Shown here in pieces: positions 38,744 through 49,455 of a stretch of DNA of 64,000 bases (positions within the stretch are counted from its first letter, which is position 1; the number at the start of each line of letters is the position of its first letter). The stretch is taken from IMG/VR virus record IMGVR_UViG_3300044910_000908, positions 17,068 to 81,067 of that record. One strand, written 5' to 3'. The translations under genes and the position numbers were made by a program. The stretch comes from a virus. The notes under the pieces are model-generated. The model had not been told where the DNA came from and did not search any database. It saw nothing but the letters and a program-made list of their open reading frames with translations.

Positions 38744-38946
38744 ACTAAGTTCTTATTCTTTAATTCTTTCATTGCAAGCGTTATTAGTTCAGGATGTTCA
38801 TTTAAATAATTTTCATATTTTTCTATCACTTCATCTCGTGAACCATCTTTCCCAATAACAAAAGGATTTCCAAATTTACTTCCTCTCCCAATATAAACAT
38901 CATCTTTAGAAATGACATCTTTATGTTTGTTTAAAACTCTACACAT
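38665..38946 (-). CDS. DUF4326 family protein
   Basis: VYIGRGSKFGNPF, LVCFCAPQRCHGDIL. Confidence 0.85.
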   Translation of the reverse strand: MCRVLNKHKDVISKDDVYIGRGSKFGNPFVIGKDGSRDEVIEKYENYLNEHPELITLAMKELKNKNLVCFCAPQRCHGDILLEIANDLNIFGE

Positions 38947-39286
38947 TTTCTATTAATTGTTTAATCTCTTTACGAGAAATTTCTTTTCCATTTAATCTGA
39001 ATTCATCTGAGGCCATACCCCATTTTCCATGAGAAGTGTATAAAAACATACCAGTAAATTCGTCAATAAAAAGATTATGGGTTTCAAAATATTGTTTTAA
39101 TTCAGTAAGTGAATGCATCGTAATATCTCCAAGTCATCAAATTTAGAATAATTATATATTAGTTTGTTAAAAAAGTAAAATTTATTTTCATCACTCCGCT
39201 ATTCTTTTCAAAAATCGTAATGGGCTTGATGAATGAAAGTGAATAGCGGTTTTTCTTCTTTATTTAAAATTCTTGCAGCTTCTTTT

Positions 39287-40021
39287 TTACTTAGAAAACT
39301 TAGCCATTATTTGAGCTACTGCAATAGGAACAGTTGCTGAACCTCTTCCTCTAAAACAAGTATAAAGTTCTTCAAATTTATATCTTAAATCAGTATATGC
39401 TGGAGTTGGATTACATTCATAAATTTTAGCCATATTTGAAGCAGCATTTCTAACTAAATTAGCGGCTGGCCATACTTGACCACTAGTCCCAACTACTAAC
39501 ATAACTAATGAATTATCAGCTGCAGTTTCTGCTAATTTAAAATCTTGCTCATTTAAATCTTCTCCAAACCAAACCACATTAACTCGCATATTAGCACCAC
39601 AACAAGAACATATAGGAACTTCTGCTAATTCCCAATATTCTGCTTCATTAGTAGTATATTCGCAAGTTTGACATCTTAATGCTTTTAAATCTCCATGTAA
39701 TTCAATTACATTTTTTGAACCTGCTTGTTGATGAAGTCCATCAATATTTTGGGTAATTAAAAGAAAATCATGTCCTTGTTTTTCTGCCCATTCTTCTAAT
39801 TTTACTAATTCTTCATGGGCTCTATTAGGTTTAATTGTTTTAAGATTATCATATCTTTGTTTATAAAAATCCCAAACTAATTGTGGATTTTTTTGAAATC
39901 CTCTTGGAGAAGCAACATCTTCCACTCTATGATTTTCCCATAAACCATTATTATCCCTAAACGTTGGAACACCACTTTCTGCTGATACTCCTGCACCAGT
40001 AAATACTGTTATATATGACAT
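39287..40021 (-). CDS. cobB: Sir2/CobB NAD-dependent deacylase
   Basis: TGAGVSAESGVPTFR, TQNIDGLH, ELHG, zinc Cys pairs, VVWFGE, VGTS. Confidence 0.93.
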   Translation of the reverse strand: MSYITVFTGAGVSAESGVPTFRDNNGLWENHRVEDVASPRGFQKNPQLVWDFYKQRYDNLKTIKPNRAHEELVKLEEWAEKQGHDFLLITQNIDGLHQQAGSKNVIELHGDLKALRCQTCEYTTNEAEYWELAEVPICSCCGANMRVNVVWFGEDLNEQDFKLAETAADNSLVMLVVGTSGQVWPAANLVRNAASNMAKIYECNPTPAYTDLRYKFEELYTCFRGRGSATVPIAVAQIMAKFSK

Positions 40022-40519
40022 TTTTCTTATAACTCCTTATCTAATTCAAAACATTCATTTATTGCTTTACATATAATAGGGAAAGCTCGAGGAATATATT
40101 CTATTAAAAACATTATTGAAACAAAAACATTTACTCCTGGAATGAGCGCCAAAAAAGCATTCCACATTAAATCTCTACGAGTTCTAATTGCTATACTAAG
40201 AGCAAATGCTTTATCTGTCAAAATCACCCAAATTGCTATGATGTTAATCAAGTAAGATAATGCCATTATGAAATTCATTTTACACCTTCAAAATTAATTG
40301 AGAATGGAGCATAATGGAACAATAGATACCAACAATAAACAACAAATACGTAAAATATAAGTGTCCAAAACTTAGTAGCAAAAGTATTTGGAACTCCTCC
40401 AATATTATACTGCCCAAGATTATTGACAGCAGCCAAATATCCTGCAACTACCAAATAAAGACAAATTGCCAAACAAAACAACCAACCTAATATCTGGAAA
40501 AACATTATTTATACTCCAA

Positions 40520-41101
40520 TTATTTTTTTCTAAAATCTAAAATTTGTATCTCTTTTTCTAACACTAAACAATTTTCCATTATTGGAGCATTGACAACTTT
40601 AAAGTTTTCCGAATTATCATCTTCCTGAATAACTTGTCTAACAACCATATGTAAATGACCTAATGCATTAAACCCAACTAATTCACTCCCATCTTCATTT
40701 GGTTTGGCGCCCCAAAAATCATCCTTCTTTGAAATCTCCACAATATCTCTTGTTCCAGTTTCAATTAATGCATCACGATATTTTTTATGCTGAGCAGCTT
40801 TGAGACGTAAACACCAATACATAATTTGAACTCTATCGTCATCAAAACCTCTATACGTATGCGTTTTCCGATACTTTTTGGATACCATCTTAGCACCCAT
40901 ACCACTTTTCTGTTCTAATATCTCTTGCTGAATTTCAGGATGAAACACAAATCTCATCATTTGATAAAGATTTTCTGTTGATGGAACTAAAATGTCTTTA
41001 GACAATCTTATCGGAAATCCTCCAGTCATATTACCGAATTCACCCCATTTATCTTTTGCTCTAGAAAAAGCACATACCTCTTCAACTTTATAAGTATTCA
41101 T
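40520..41101 (-). CDS. NADAR family protein
   Basis: FGNM, STENLYQ, LIETG, IVE, DDFWG, GFNALG. Confidence 0.88.
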   Translation of the reverse strand: MNTYKVEEVCAFSRAKDKWGEFGNMTGGFPIRLSKDILVPSTENLYQMMRFVFHPEIQQEILEQKSGMGAKMVSKKYRKTHTYRGFDDDRVQIMYWCLRLKAAQHKKYRDALIETGTRDIVEISKKDDFWGAKPNEDGSELVGFNALGHLHMVVRQVIQEDDNSENFKVVNAPIMENCLVLEKEIQILDFRKK

Positions 41102-41179
41102 CTTTTTATCTCCACTTTCAATTTTTTATAAAGTTTTATTATAACATATTTTTAGAAAAAGTAAATACTTCCACTTTAG

Positions 41180-41560
41180 TTATTGAATTCCCAATACTTT
41201 TTTATCTTCTGCTGATAGTTTTTCTAAAACTTTTTCTAATTTTTGTTTTTCTTCAGATACATTTTCAATGGTTTCATTTAATTGTTTAATTTTAACAATT
41301 GCATTTGCATAAGATGATTTTCCACTAGAATACAAAGTATTTACTGTAGTAGCTCCTTTACAATCTACATATACAACTGGAACGTTTCTTGTCTTTATAT
41401 CTAACTCTCCAGCATAGCCAAGATAACAGCCTTCTGGTAATTTTTGAGAAACAAAATCAGCAGAAGCTTTAATTTGCGCTTCTTTTTGTGCAACTTGTTC
41501 AGGAGTAAGGGGATCACAACCTATCAACAACAGTAATGATAAAAGTGTTAGTATTTTCAT
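41180..41560 (-). CDS. Lipoprotein
   Basis: Lipobox LLIGC. Confidence 0.6.
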   Translation of the reverse strand: MKILTLLSLLLLIGCDPLTPEQVAQKEAQIKASADFVSQKLPEGCYLGYAGELDIKTRNVPVVYVDCKGATTVNTLYSSGKSSYANAIVKIKQLNETIENVSEEKQKLEKVLEKLSAEDKKVLGIQ

Positions 41561-41750
41561 TTTTTAACCTCCAAACATTGTCCCCAATCATATTTTTTTA
41601 ATTCTTTGCTAAATTGTTCATTTGCACTTCTACATAATTCTGCAGATGAAAAACCATCAATAGTTAATGGCCCACCAGTTGCTGATTGAGCAAAACCAGT
41701 TGAAAGATACAGCACTAAAACCCAAGTAGTCATTTTTTTCTCCGTATTGA

Positions 41751-42410
41751 TTATTCTTTAATTTCTTCAATTCTTATAAACTCATTTCTGGCTAAATTAC
41801 TTTTAAATTTTTCAGCTTTCTCAAGTGTATCAAAATTTCTAATTTCAACCTGATCACGATTTTTAAATAAAACAATAAATGTAGATGCTGTATATTCACC
41901 AATAATATCATATTCTTTTACTTTATCATGTGATAATACCCTACCAGTTACATCAAATCTGATAGTAGCAAGTTCATTTTTATTTTTTGGGCTTGAATAA
42001 ACACCAATCCATTGAGCAGTAGTAGAAAATCTTGAGTCATTAACAAATTCAATAATTTTTACTTTAAAACCATTTCTCAATTTATACAATTTATTTCTTT
42101 CTATTTGTTCTAAATCATTAGGCCTTTGTTCATCATCATCAATAATTTTCATTAATGAACCATAATCAAAATCAAGTCGATATTTTATAGTAGATCCAAC
42201 TGATACTCCATAAACTTTGTTTTTTACAGGTGCATATCTACCAACTGTAACACCATTAAGTGAATACCAAAGAGTTTGGGAATGTTTGTTATAAAAAATC
42301 TGTCTAGAACTTTCAATAGGAAGTCCATTGATTTTAATCACTTGATGAGTAACATAAGAATTGAAATCAGTTTTTTTAATTGTTATTGAATTTGCTGTTA
42401 TCTTTTTCAT
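41751..42410 (-). CDS. Hypothetical protein
   Basis: 219 aa ORF with RBS and early promoter. Confidence 0.6.
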   Translation of the reverse strand: MKKITANSITIKKTDFNSYVTHQVIKINGLPIESSRQIFYNKHSQTLWYSLNGVTVGRYAPVKNKVYGVSVGSTIKYRLDFDYGSLMKIIDDDEQRPNDLEQIERNKLYKLRNGFKVKIIEFVNDSRFSTTAQWIGVYSSPKNKNELATIRFDVTGRVLSHDKVKEYDIIGEYTASTFIVLFKNRDQVEIRNFDTLEKAEKFKSNLARNEFIRIEEIKE

Positions 42411-42479
42411 TTTACTATCTCCATCATCATTTTTAATATAGATAAATTATATAATATTTTTAATCAATCGTAAATAAAT

Positions 42480-42947
42480 TTAATTTCTATCTTCAAATTC
42501 AGCTTTAAGTTTTAAGTATTCTTGGTATTTTTTATTGCGTCTGAGTTCTGCTGCTTTTTTTACTTTTTCCTGTTCAATTCTTTCTCGTTCTTCTTCTTGC
42601 TTTCTAAACTTTTCGGTATTTTGCAAGGCAAGAGTTACAATTGTTTTGCTGGAGTCAATCAGAAATTGTTCTAAAATTTCTAATGGAACCAAAACATATT
42701 CGTTATAGTCTTCATAACTTCCATAACTGCCAATCTGATATGACCATTTTAATGAAACGTAATCACCTTCATCATCTAAATACTCTACCGAAACTTCATC
42801 TTCAAAATATGAATAGTGGGATACACTATCATACCCTTTGATTTTTCGCAACTTAGCAAATTGGAAAAAATATTGTTGGCCAAATAACAATCCGAGGTCA
42901 TTTACTTCACGAGCCGCTTTAATTTTTTCTTTTAATGTAATAGTCAT
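42480..42947 (-). CDS. Hypothetical protein
   Basis: 155 aa ORF with coiled-coil C-terminus. Confidence 0.6.
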   Translation of the reverse strand: MTITLKEKIKAAREVNDLGLLFGQQYFFQFAKLRKIKGYDSVSHYSYFEDEVSVEYLDDEGDYVSLKWSYQIGSYGSYEDYNEYVLVPLEILEQFLIDSSKTIVTLALQNTEKFRKQEEERERIEQEKVKKAAELRRNKKYQEYLKLKAEFEDRN

Positions 42948-42968
42948 ATTATTTTCTCTTTATTTAAT

Positions 42969-43460
42969 TTATAATCCCACGAACCTCATATTACACACAG
43001 TAGAACAAAATGTATATCGACCTTCAATTCTCGCATCTTCTTCTTTTATTTTCGTACCACATTCGGCACACTCGCACATCCCATCAAACTCTTCATAAAA
43101 TAATTCTGGACTAGTAGATGCCAGTTTCCAACTTGGAAACTGTTTAACAGTTGGGTCAACAACTCTACCATCAGGATATTCACACCACCAATGTTCCTGT
43201 TTTCCCCACATTGGACAATGATAATATCCTCTAACCAATCTTAACTCGTCATCCTCTGTACATAACTGTTCGGAATACTCTCTACACTTCCCTCTATACA
43301 TCAAATAATAATTTTCTGTAGTTGGGCCAATATTTTTTTCCATAGAATTATGTAATTCTAAAAATTCTTCATTGGGCATATTGTTCAACAATTCTTTTAT
43401 TATATCAAGATTATGTGTCATACATCTACTCCAAACTGGTATTTTTATCACTCTCGTCAA
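42969..43460 (-). CDS. Transglutaminase/papain-like triad protein with C-terminal zinc finger
   Basis: GKC, EHWW and VVDPT (Cys-His-Asp), then CAEC..FCSTVC. Confidence 0.5.
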   Translation of the reverse strand: MTRVIKIPVWSRCMTHNLDIIKELLNNMPNEEFLELHNSMEKNIGPTTENYYLMYRGKCREYSEQLCTEDDELRLVRGYYHCPMWGKQEHWWCEYPDGRVVDPTVKQFPSWKLASTSPELFYEEFDGMCECAECGTKIKEEDARIEGRYTFCSTVCNMRFVGL

Positions 43461-44564
43461 TTTTTGTAATAATTATATACTAATTCTAGCCAAAGTAAAT
43501 ATTAAAATTAGACATATTTAACATTTTTGCAATGCTCATTTAATATTAAGTTCTTCCTCAATTTTGTGTAAGAATAAACATGCTGTAGCATGTAAATCAC
43601 GTAGTTCTTTTTCTATTTCGCTTGCTTTTTTGAATGTGTATTGGTATTCTTTATTATCCGTATCAGCGTACATATTAGCATAAGTACTTGCAATTTGCCG
43701 ATGATAATTTGCTCGTTCAATGATATGATCAGCTAGTTTATTGCAGGTATCAAGTTTCATTTACCTACTCCAAAATGTTCTTGAATGTTGTTTTCATATG
43801 GTGTAGGAGCAAATGGATCACTATTCTGCGCAATAACACTAATACATTCTTTTATTATTAAATCAGCAAATTCTTCAAGATTTTGCTTATCTTGCTCTGT
43901 TTGAGCGCACCATTCCAATCCTGCCTCTGCTATTAAAGTAGTTACTATCTGGTTCATTCTAAATCCTCTATTAATTTAAGAGCAATATCATATCGATATT
44001 CATATTGTAAATTTCTCATCTCGCAACCGCAAAATAAATCTCCATCTTGAGGACCCATACATCCACAAGCTCTAGAAAACGGTTTTTCAAATAGTTCATC
44101 AGGGTTATTAAAGAACTCTAATCCTCTAATAAAATTATCGCATAAATTAACTAATAATTCTGGAGTCAGCTGTTTAACATTAGGCTTTTCAAGTTGTCTA
44201 AGTTTATCTGTGAGTTCTTTAGCTTGAAGTAATTCAACATTTGTAAATTTTAAAAACATTTTTTATTCCTCAACTTTTTTAAATAAATCAATATCCATAA
44301 TTTTTACTAGTTTAAATTCTAGTAATTCACGTTTTAGATCTGGAATTGGAGTATAATAGCCATGATCATAATTTGGATTTCCATCGTATATTGTATATCT
44401 AGACAAAATTTTAGTTAAGAAAATAAGTTGATTTGTTTCATCAATATGAAATTCAGAAGCATCATAACTATTTCCATCTTCATAAAGAAAATAACCTTCA
44501 TTTAAATATTTTTGAACATTTTTAGCCCAATTTAAAACAAAAGCCCAACGTTTATCATGCTTGT

Positions 44565-45104
44565 TCATTTTGATCTCTTCTTATTAGTGATTAAAAATTG
44601 TTGTTTATTTTTTTCCCAGTGACTTGGCCAGAAGTAGTTACAGTGTGAACAACATCTCATATTCTCAGCAGGTTCCAAAAACCTTTCATACCTGGCATAA
44701 TGAACTGGATTTTTGACATATAATCTGGCGCGATGGGTAACAACAACTCGTTCCTTCAGAACCTCATCTTCCCACCATTCTGGCATACTTGAATTAGTGA
44801 GAGGATTATCAGACATAATCTGAAAATGTTTTTGAAGTTGCAGAGTATTTTTTTCTACATTAAATCCACGTTCAATACATTCTTCACGAATACGCTTTGT
44901 ATATAACCATAAAGCATATTCATGACCTTTCCACATTAGAACTGCGGGATGATTTCGCCAACGTGCATTAGGATTAATTAACAAAATGTCTAAAATTTGG
45001 CGACTTTCAGTCAACTGCTTATTAAGTCGTTTATTATCCAAATACTCAGCGGTAGCAGAAAAACTATATTCGTTTAAAAACGTTTGCATCGTAAAAATCT
45101 CCAA
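44565..45104 (-). CDS. Pyrimidine-dimer DNA glycosylase / endonuclease V-like protein
   Basis: MQTFL, LDNKRLNKQLTE, WRNHPAVLMWKG. Confidence 0.8.
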   Translation of the reverse strand: MEIFTMQTFLNEYSFSATAEYLDNKRLNKQLTESRQILDILLINPNARWRNHPAVLMWKGHEYALWLYTKRIREECIERGFNVEKNTLQLQKHFQIMSDNPLTNSSMPEWWEDEVLKERVVVTHRARLYVKNPVHYARYERFLEPAENMRCCSHCNYFWPSHWEKNKQQFLITNKKRSK

Positions 45105-45158
45105 TTCATCTTTTTTAAATTATGAAATATTATAATACAATTTACCGTAAATGTAAAA

Positions 45159-45878
45159 TTATTTTTCCAATTCTTCTTTTAGAATTCTATTGACTTCAGC
45201 AGGAATAAATTTACCTTGACCAGCTTTCATAATTCTACCAACAAAAAATCCAATAACCTTTTGATTACCTTCTTTATATTGTTGAACTTCTTTTGGATTT
45301 TCAGACATTAATTGATTTACTACACTAACAATAACAGAACTATTATCCTGTTGTTCTAATCCTAATTTTTCTAAAATTAAATAAACATATTCATCATTTA
45401 TTTTCATTTCATCTAGCATTGGCCTAATGTCTTTTACAACTAATAGTTTATTAGAAATTAATGATAATAATTCAAACAATTTATGTGGTTCAAATTGATA
45501 TTGGCTAATAACTAATTCTACAAATAATGAAGCTAATATTTTTCTTTCAACTTGTATCCATTTATCTAATACAATAAACAAGTTAAGATAATAAGCATAA
45601 AGTTCAAATAGCGTATTTTTCTTATCTAATGGAGTCAATTCAGAATAATCTGGAAGATAATCAACAATTAATCCACCAATTCTAATAAGTTCATCTTTAG
45701 AAGCTTCTGGCAATAATTCAGCATACACTTGTAATAAAGTGCTCATTGTTTGTAATTGCTTGTAATTATCAACAACATTAAATGCTGCTGAACAACTATT
45801 AACAGAAGTCAATTGCTGAGAAAAAGATAATTGAGTATCTGATTTGTTAGATAAAATTTCTTGTTTTAAACTAGTCAT
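45159..45878 (-). CDS. GatB/YqeY C-terminal domain protein
   Basis: ENPKEVQQYKEGNQKVIGFFVGRIMKAGQGK..PAEVNRIL matches the GatB tail; no GatB catalytic domain. Confidence 0.8.
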   Translation of the reverse strand: MTSLKQEILSNKSDTQLSFSQQLTSVNSCSAAFNVVDNYKQLQTMSTLLQVYAELLPEASKDELIRIGGLIVDYLPDYSELTPLDKKNTLFELYAYYLNLFIVLDKWIQVERKILASLFVELVISQYQFEPHKLFELLSLISNKLLVVKDIRPMLDEMKINDEYVYLILEKLGLEQQDNSSVIVSVVNQLMSENPKEVQQYKEGNQKVIGFFVGRIMKAGQGKFIPAEVNRILKEELEK

Positions 45879-46653
45879 CTTCAGGTATATAATCTAAATT
45901 GTTTGAAATTTCAGTTCCAATAACTTCCTGAATGTTAATTTCAGCAATTTGTTTGAAACATTTTTGTGCATCTTTTCTCGACGTAAAAGAACTAACAACT
46001 AATCTTGAAGTATTTTCATCAATTTCACTCCAAATTACTTTATCATTGTTCTCAATATCAGCAAGAACTTTATTACCATATCTAATGTAGTAAGGCATTT
46101 TATTTTCCTTATATTTTAATTTTGTTGTCTTCAAATTTTAATAAAATTGGAGAATGTCGTACAGGAGTAGAACTATAACTTGTTGAAATAATGTCAATAT
46201 AATCAACATTTGATCCGTATATTGCAGGATGAGAACAGAAATTATTAACAGGTCCATATTTTTGTACAAACAAAAATACAGGTTCATGGTAATTAGAATG
46301 AAATTTACATTCTACCTGTTCGCCTTCCTCAAGGTTTCCAGCTAAGAAAAAATCTTCTCCTAAATACAGGATACTTTCATCTTGTTCAAAAGCCGGCTGT
46401 GATCTAACCTTTGATAATTTTGAATTCAACACTTTCACTAGCATCTTTATTCTCCAACTTTTTTAATTTCCATTAATTCTTGTTGAACTTGAGGTTTTTC
46501 TATTTCTCCAGGAATTTCAATAATATTATGATTTTTAATATTATATTCTGAAAATATAAAAGCTGCGAGTAACATAAACACTGTAGCAATTACCATAATA
46601 ATACTTGTGATGAAAACTTCTTTTAAACTATTTTTATTTTGCTGTTGCATATC

Positions 46654-47472
46654 TTAAACTCCTTCAAAAATTTGACCTTCATTATTTAAAAAATAAGTAA
46701 CACCTGTTTTATGATTAATGATTGACAATAGAGCATCATCTTTATATCTATTATGTTTCATAAAACATGCTCCTGTATCCATATAAACATGTTTTTCCAA
46801 TCGTAATACTTTCATATCTTCTTTATCTAAGAAATGAGGAGTATGTCCTACATAAGTAGTGGATAATTCAGAAGAATGATATCTAAAAGGATTATCATTA
46901 ATGAAATAATCACTTTCATAATCTTTGTAAATATTTCTACCCCATATTATTTCTTCTTCTTCGGTTGAAGTAAAATTCCAAGTATCAACATCTTTATTAC
47001 TAACTCCAAAAATACTTTTAAAATTCAATAATTCAGCATGACAGACATTGAACCGATTTTCATTTTCACCAACAACCATTATAGTCGGAATATTTTCAGA
47101 CATCCAAATAGCAATTTCTGTTAATTCATCATCATTTTCAGAAAAAATCCAATTGCCACCATTTGATAACCATAAATCGTAATCATTAGGACTTTTAAAA
47201 ACAATTGAATTAATCATCATATCCTCATGATTTCCTTTTACAAAATACCAATTATCTCGAATTCGAAATTCTCTTAAAAGTTCAATTGACTTTGGTCCTC
47301 TATCAACCAAATCACCAACTGAAAATAGTCTGTCATTAGAATTAAAACCAATATGATCTAATAATACCAGTAATTCGTCAAACATACCATGCAAATCACC
47401 AACAATATAATCATTGCCTAATGAATTAGATGGTAAATATAAAAGTTTAGGAGATACTTTAAGACCGTTCAT
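46654..47472 (-). CDS. Ser/Thr protein phosphatase-like metallophosphoesterase (NinI/PphA type)
   Basis: GDLHG, GDLVDRGP, GNHE, GHTP, DTGA. Confidence 0.92.
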   Translation of the reverse strand: MNGLKVSPKLLYLPSNSLGNDYIVGDLHGMFDELLVLLDHIGFNSNDRLFSVGDLVDRGPKSIELLREFRIRDNWYFVKGNHEDMMINSIVFKSPNDYDLWLSNGGNWIFSENDDELTEIAIWMSENIPTIMVVGENENRFNVCHAELLNFKSIFGVSNKDVDTWNFTSTEEEEIIWGRNIYKDYESDYFINDNPFRYHSSELSTTYVGHTPHFLDKEDMKVLRLEKHVYMDTGACFMKHNRYKDDALLSIINHKTGVTYFLNNEGQIFEGV

Positions 47473-47861
47473 TTTATTCCTCTCAATATTTCAATTTCTT
47501 GTTCTGATAACCCTAGTTGAACTGCTTTTAATAAGACTTTTTCTTGTCGTTCTTTTAATTCAGCTTCTTCTTTTATTTTTTTCTCTTGTAATTTATCTTC
47601 ATTAGAAGGTAATATTGGGCTACAACGATAATACCAATTGTTTTTAATTAAATACCCTTTGAGTGGAATAACATCAGCATCGCAACCTTGAATACCAGCT
47701 CTTTTTGCTAATCTTAATGCTGTTGCTTTACAATCACAAACATATTGAACATACATCCTGCCTCGTCCTTCAGATAAATCTGTATTATTCCATACTCCCC
47801 AAACATCTTGTTCAGCTTCAATTTTGGGAAATTGATCGTTTTCAACCATTATATTATCCAT
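47469..47861 (-). CDS. Hypothetical protein
   Basis: 130 aa, NTDLSEGRG motif. Confidence 0.6.
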   Translation of the reverse strand: MDNIMVENDQFPKIEAEQDVWGVWNNTDLSEGRGRMYVQYVCDCKATALRLAKRAGIQGCDADVIPLKGYLIKNNWYYRCSPILPSNEDKLQEKKIKEEAELKERQEKVLLKAVQLGLSEQEIEILRGIK

Positions 47862-47870
47862 TTCAATATC

Positions 47871-48578
47871 CTAGATTTTATAAAAAATACAGCAATAAAT
47901 TTTTGATGTTAAATCTAATCTCCCATCTTTCAAATAAAGACTTGAACTTATAGATGGAGTAACTAATATGATTGAATTTAAATCATAATTTTTCTCAACT
48001 TGTTCAGAATACATATCAAAGAATTGTTCTTTATTTTTCTTAATTATTCGTTTAACATATACTCCTGAAATTCTTTCAACACTTTTTGAATAGTAATTCA
48101 ATAATGTAATATTATTAAAATCAAGTTGTCCAGAAGTATCAGATTTATCTAAAACAATATCATCAATACATGTATAAAAGAATACACTCATAACATCTAT
48201 ATTCAAATCATCATGTCTTTTGTTTATATCTTTAAGAAAATCAACATTACCTTTAGCTGTTTGACCATTACTATAATGCTTGAATTCAACTGATAAATCA
48301 GGAAATTGTTGTTTATCTACATTATCATTTTCAAATATTGCTAAATCAATACTACCCTGTAATGAACTATAAAAGGGTTTAAACTCACGAATATATTGAT
48401 GTTCATTAACATTGTTCATATCGAGATAATGTGTTAAATTATCAGCCAAATATAATTCAGCTTTAGAACGCATCAGATTAGTTATTTCTCGTTTACCTAT
48501 TCTGGTATTGAGATTGGTTTTAATATTTTCTATTAATTCTTCTTTTAAATGTGAGTTCATCTTCTTAATTGTATCCAT
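47871..48578 (-). CDS. Putative PD-(D/E)xK nuclease
   Basis: REF...IDLAI...SVEFK...DFLKDINK. Confidence 0.5.
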   Translation of the reverse strand: MDTIKKMNSHLKEELIENIKTNLNTRIGKREITNLMRSKAELYLADNLTHYLDMNNVNEHQYIREFKPFYSSLQGSIDLAIFENDNVDKQQFPDLSVEFKHYSNGQTAKGNVDFLKDINKRHDDLNIDVMSVFFYTCIDDIVLDKSDTSGQLDFNNITLLNYYSKSVERISGVYVKRIIKKNKEQFFDMYSEQVEKNYDLNSIILVTPSISSSLYLKDGRLDLTSKIYCCIFYKI

Positions 48579-48701
48579 ATCTTCTAATGTATGGATAAAT
48601 TATAAATCAATTTTGAGGAAAAGTAAATACTTATTTTTGATATGTTGATAACAAAAAAGAGGAATTTTAAAATTCCTCTTTTAATGTCTTTTTCTTAAAG
48701 A

Positions 48702-48974
48702 TTATTTATGTTGCTGTTTTTTAAATAATCTATCTAATTTTTCGTTAACGTCTGCGGAATATTGAGCAGCACGATTTGCTGCTTGTTCAGCTCTACTTGC
48801 TTTAACTTGAGCATCTTGAGCTGCCATTTTAGCATCATTTGCACTCAAATTAGCTGCATCAACACGACCACTTACACTATCAATTTGACTTTGTAAATTT
48901 TCAATATCACTAGTTGATGCACAACCAAACATAACAATTGACATTACTAAAATCATTAAACTTTTTACTACCAT
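48702..48974 (-). CDS. Lpp/OprI-family alanine-zipper outer-membrane lipoprotein
   Basis: Lipobox MFGC, Ala heptads, NEKLDRLFKK and terminal Lys. Confidence 0.88.
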   Translation of the reverse strand: MVVKSLMILVMSIVMFGCASTSDIENLQSQIDSVSGRVDAANLSANDAKMAAQDAQVKASRAEQAANRAAQYSADVNEKLDRLFKKQQHK

Positions 48975-48998
48975 TCTATTTCTCCTAAAAATATAAAA

Positions 48999-49439
48999 TT
49001 ATTTAGCTTCTGCTCTCGCATAAAGCATTTTTGGTGCTTTTTCAAAATACAAAAATAAAGCAGGACATAACCATCCAGGAATATTAGGCAATTCAATATT
49101 TGGATGGTTCCAAACATACCAATTACCAACAATATCTCCTAAATACATTTTTCCTTCTTTAACCCATTTTCCTTCTAATTGATAACCTTCAAAAGGTTTA
49201 TCACTAAAAATTAATTTAAAACCTTTATCAGCATCTTTAATTGGTTGAGTAATATAATCAGTCACTAAATCAGTTCCAGATACTAATGCTTCATACTTCA
49301 AACCTACTCGTTCATCGTCAAATACCCAAACATCTTGTCCTTCTATCTGATTTCCTTCACCATCATCCATAACATAAGCTGTTCCAGATAATCGATAAGG
49401 ATAAATTTCTAACATCTTTGTTTTCTTTCTTCCAAACAT
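48999..49439 (-). CDS. Conserved hypothetical protein (DUF6717-like)
   Basis: WVFDDERVGL, GWLCPALFLYF. Confidence 0.6.
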   Translation of the reverse strand: MFGRKKTKMLEIYPYRLSGTAYVMDDGEGNQIEGQDVWVFDDERVGLKYEALVSGTDLVTDYITQPIKDADKGFKLIFSDKPFEGYQLEGKWVKEGKMYLGDIVGNWYVWNHPNIELPNIPGWLCPALFLYFEKAPKMLYARAEAK

Positions 49440-49455
49440 ATAATGACTCTATTAT

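Noticed and set aside
39226-39240. TTGATGAATGAAA as a hammerhead ribozyme core
   Set aside because: The core is not CUGANGA, there is no stem II, and stems I and III cannot be built convincingly
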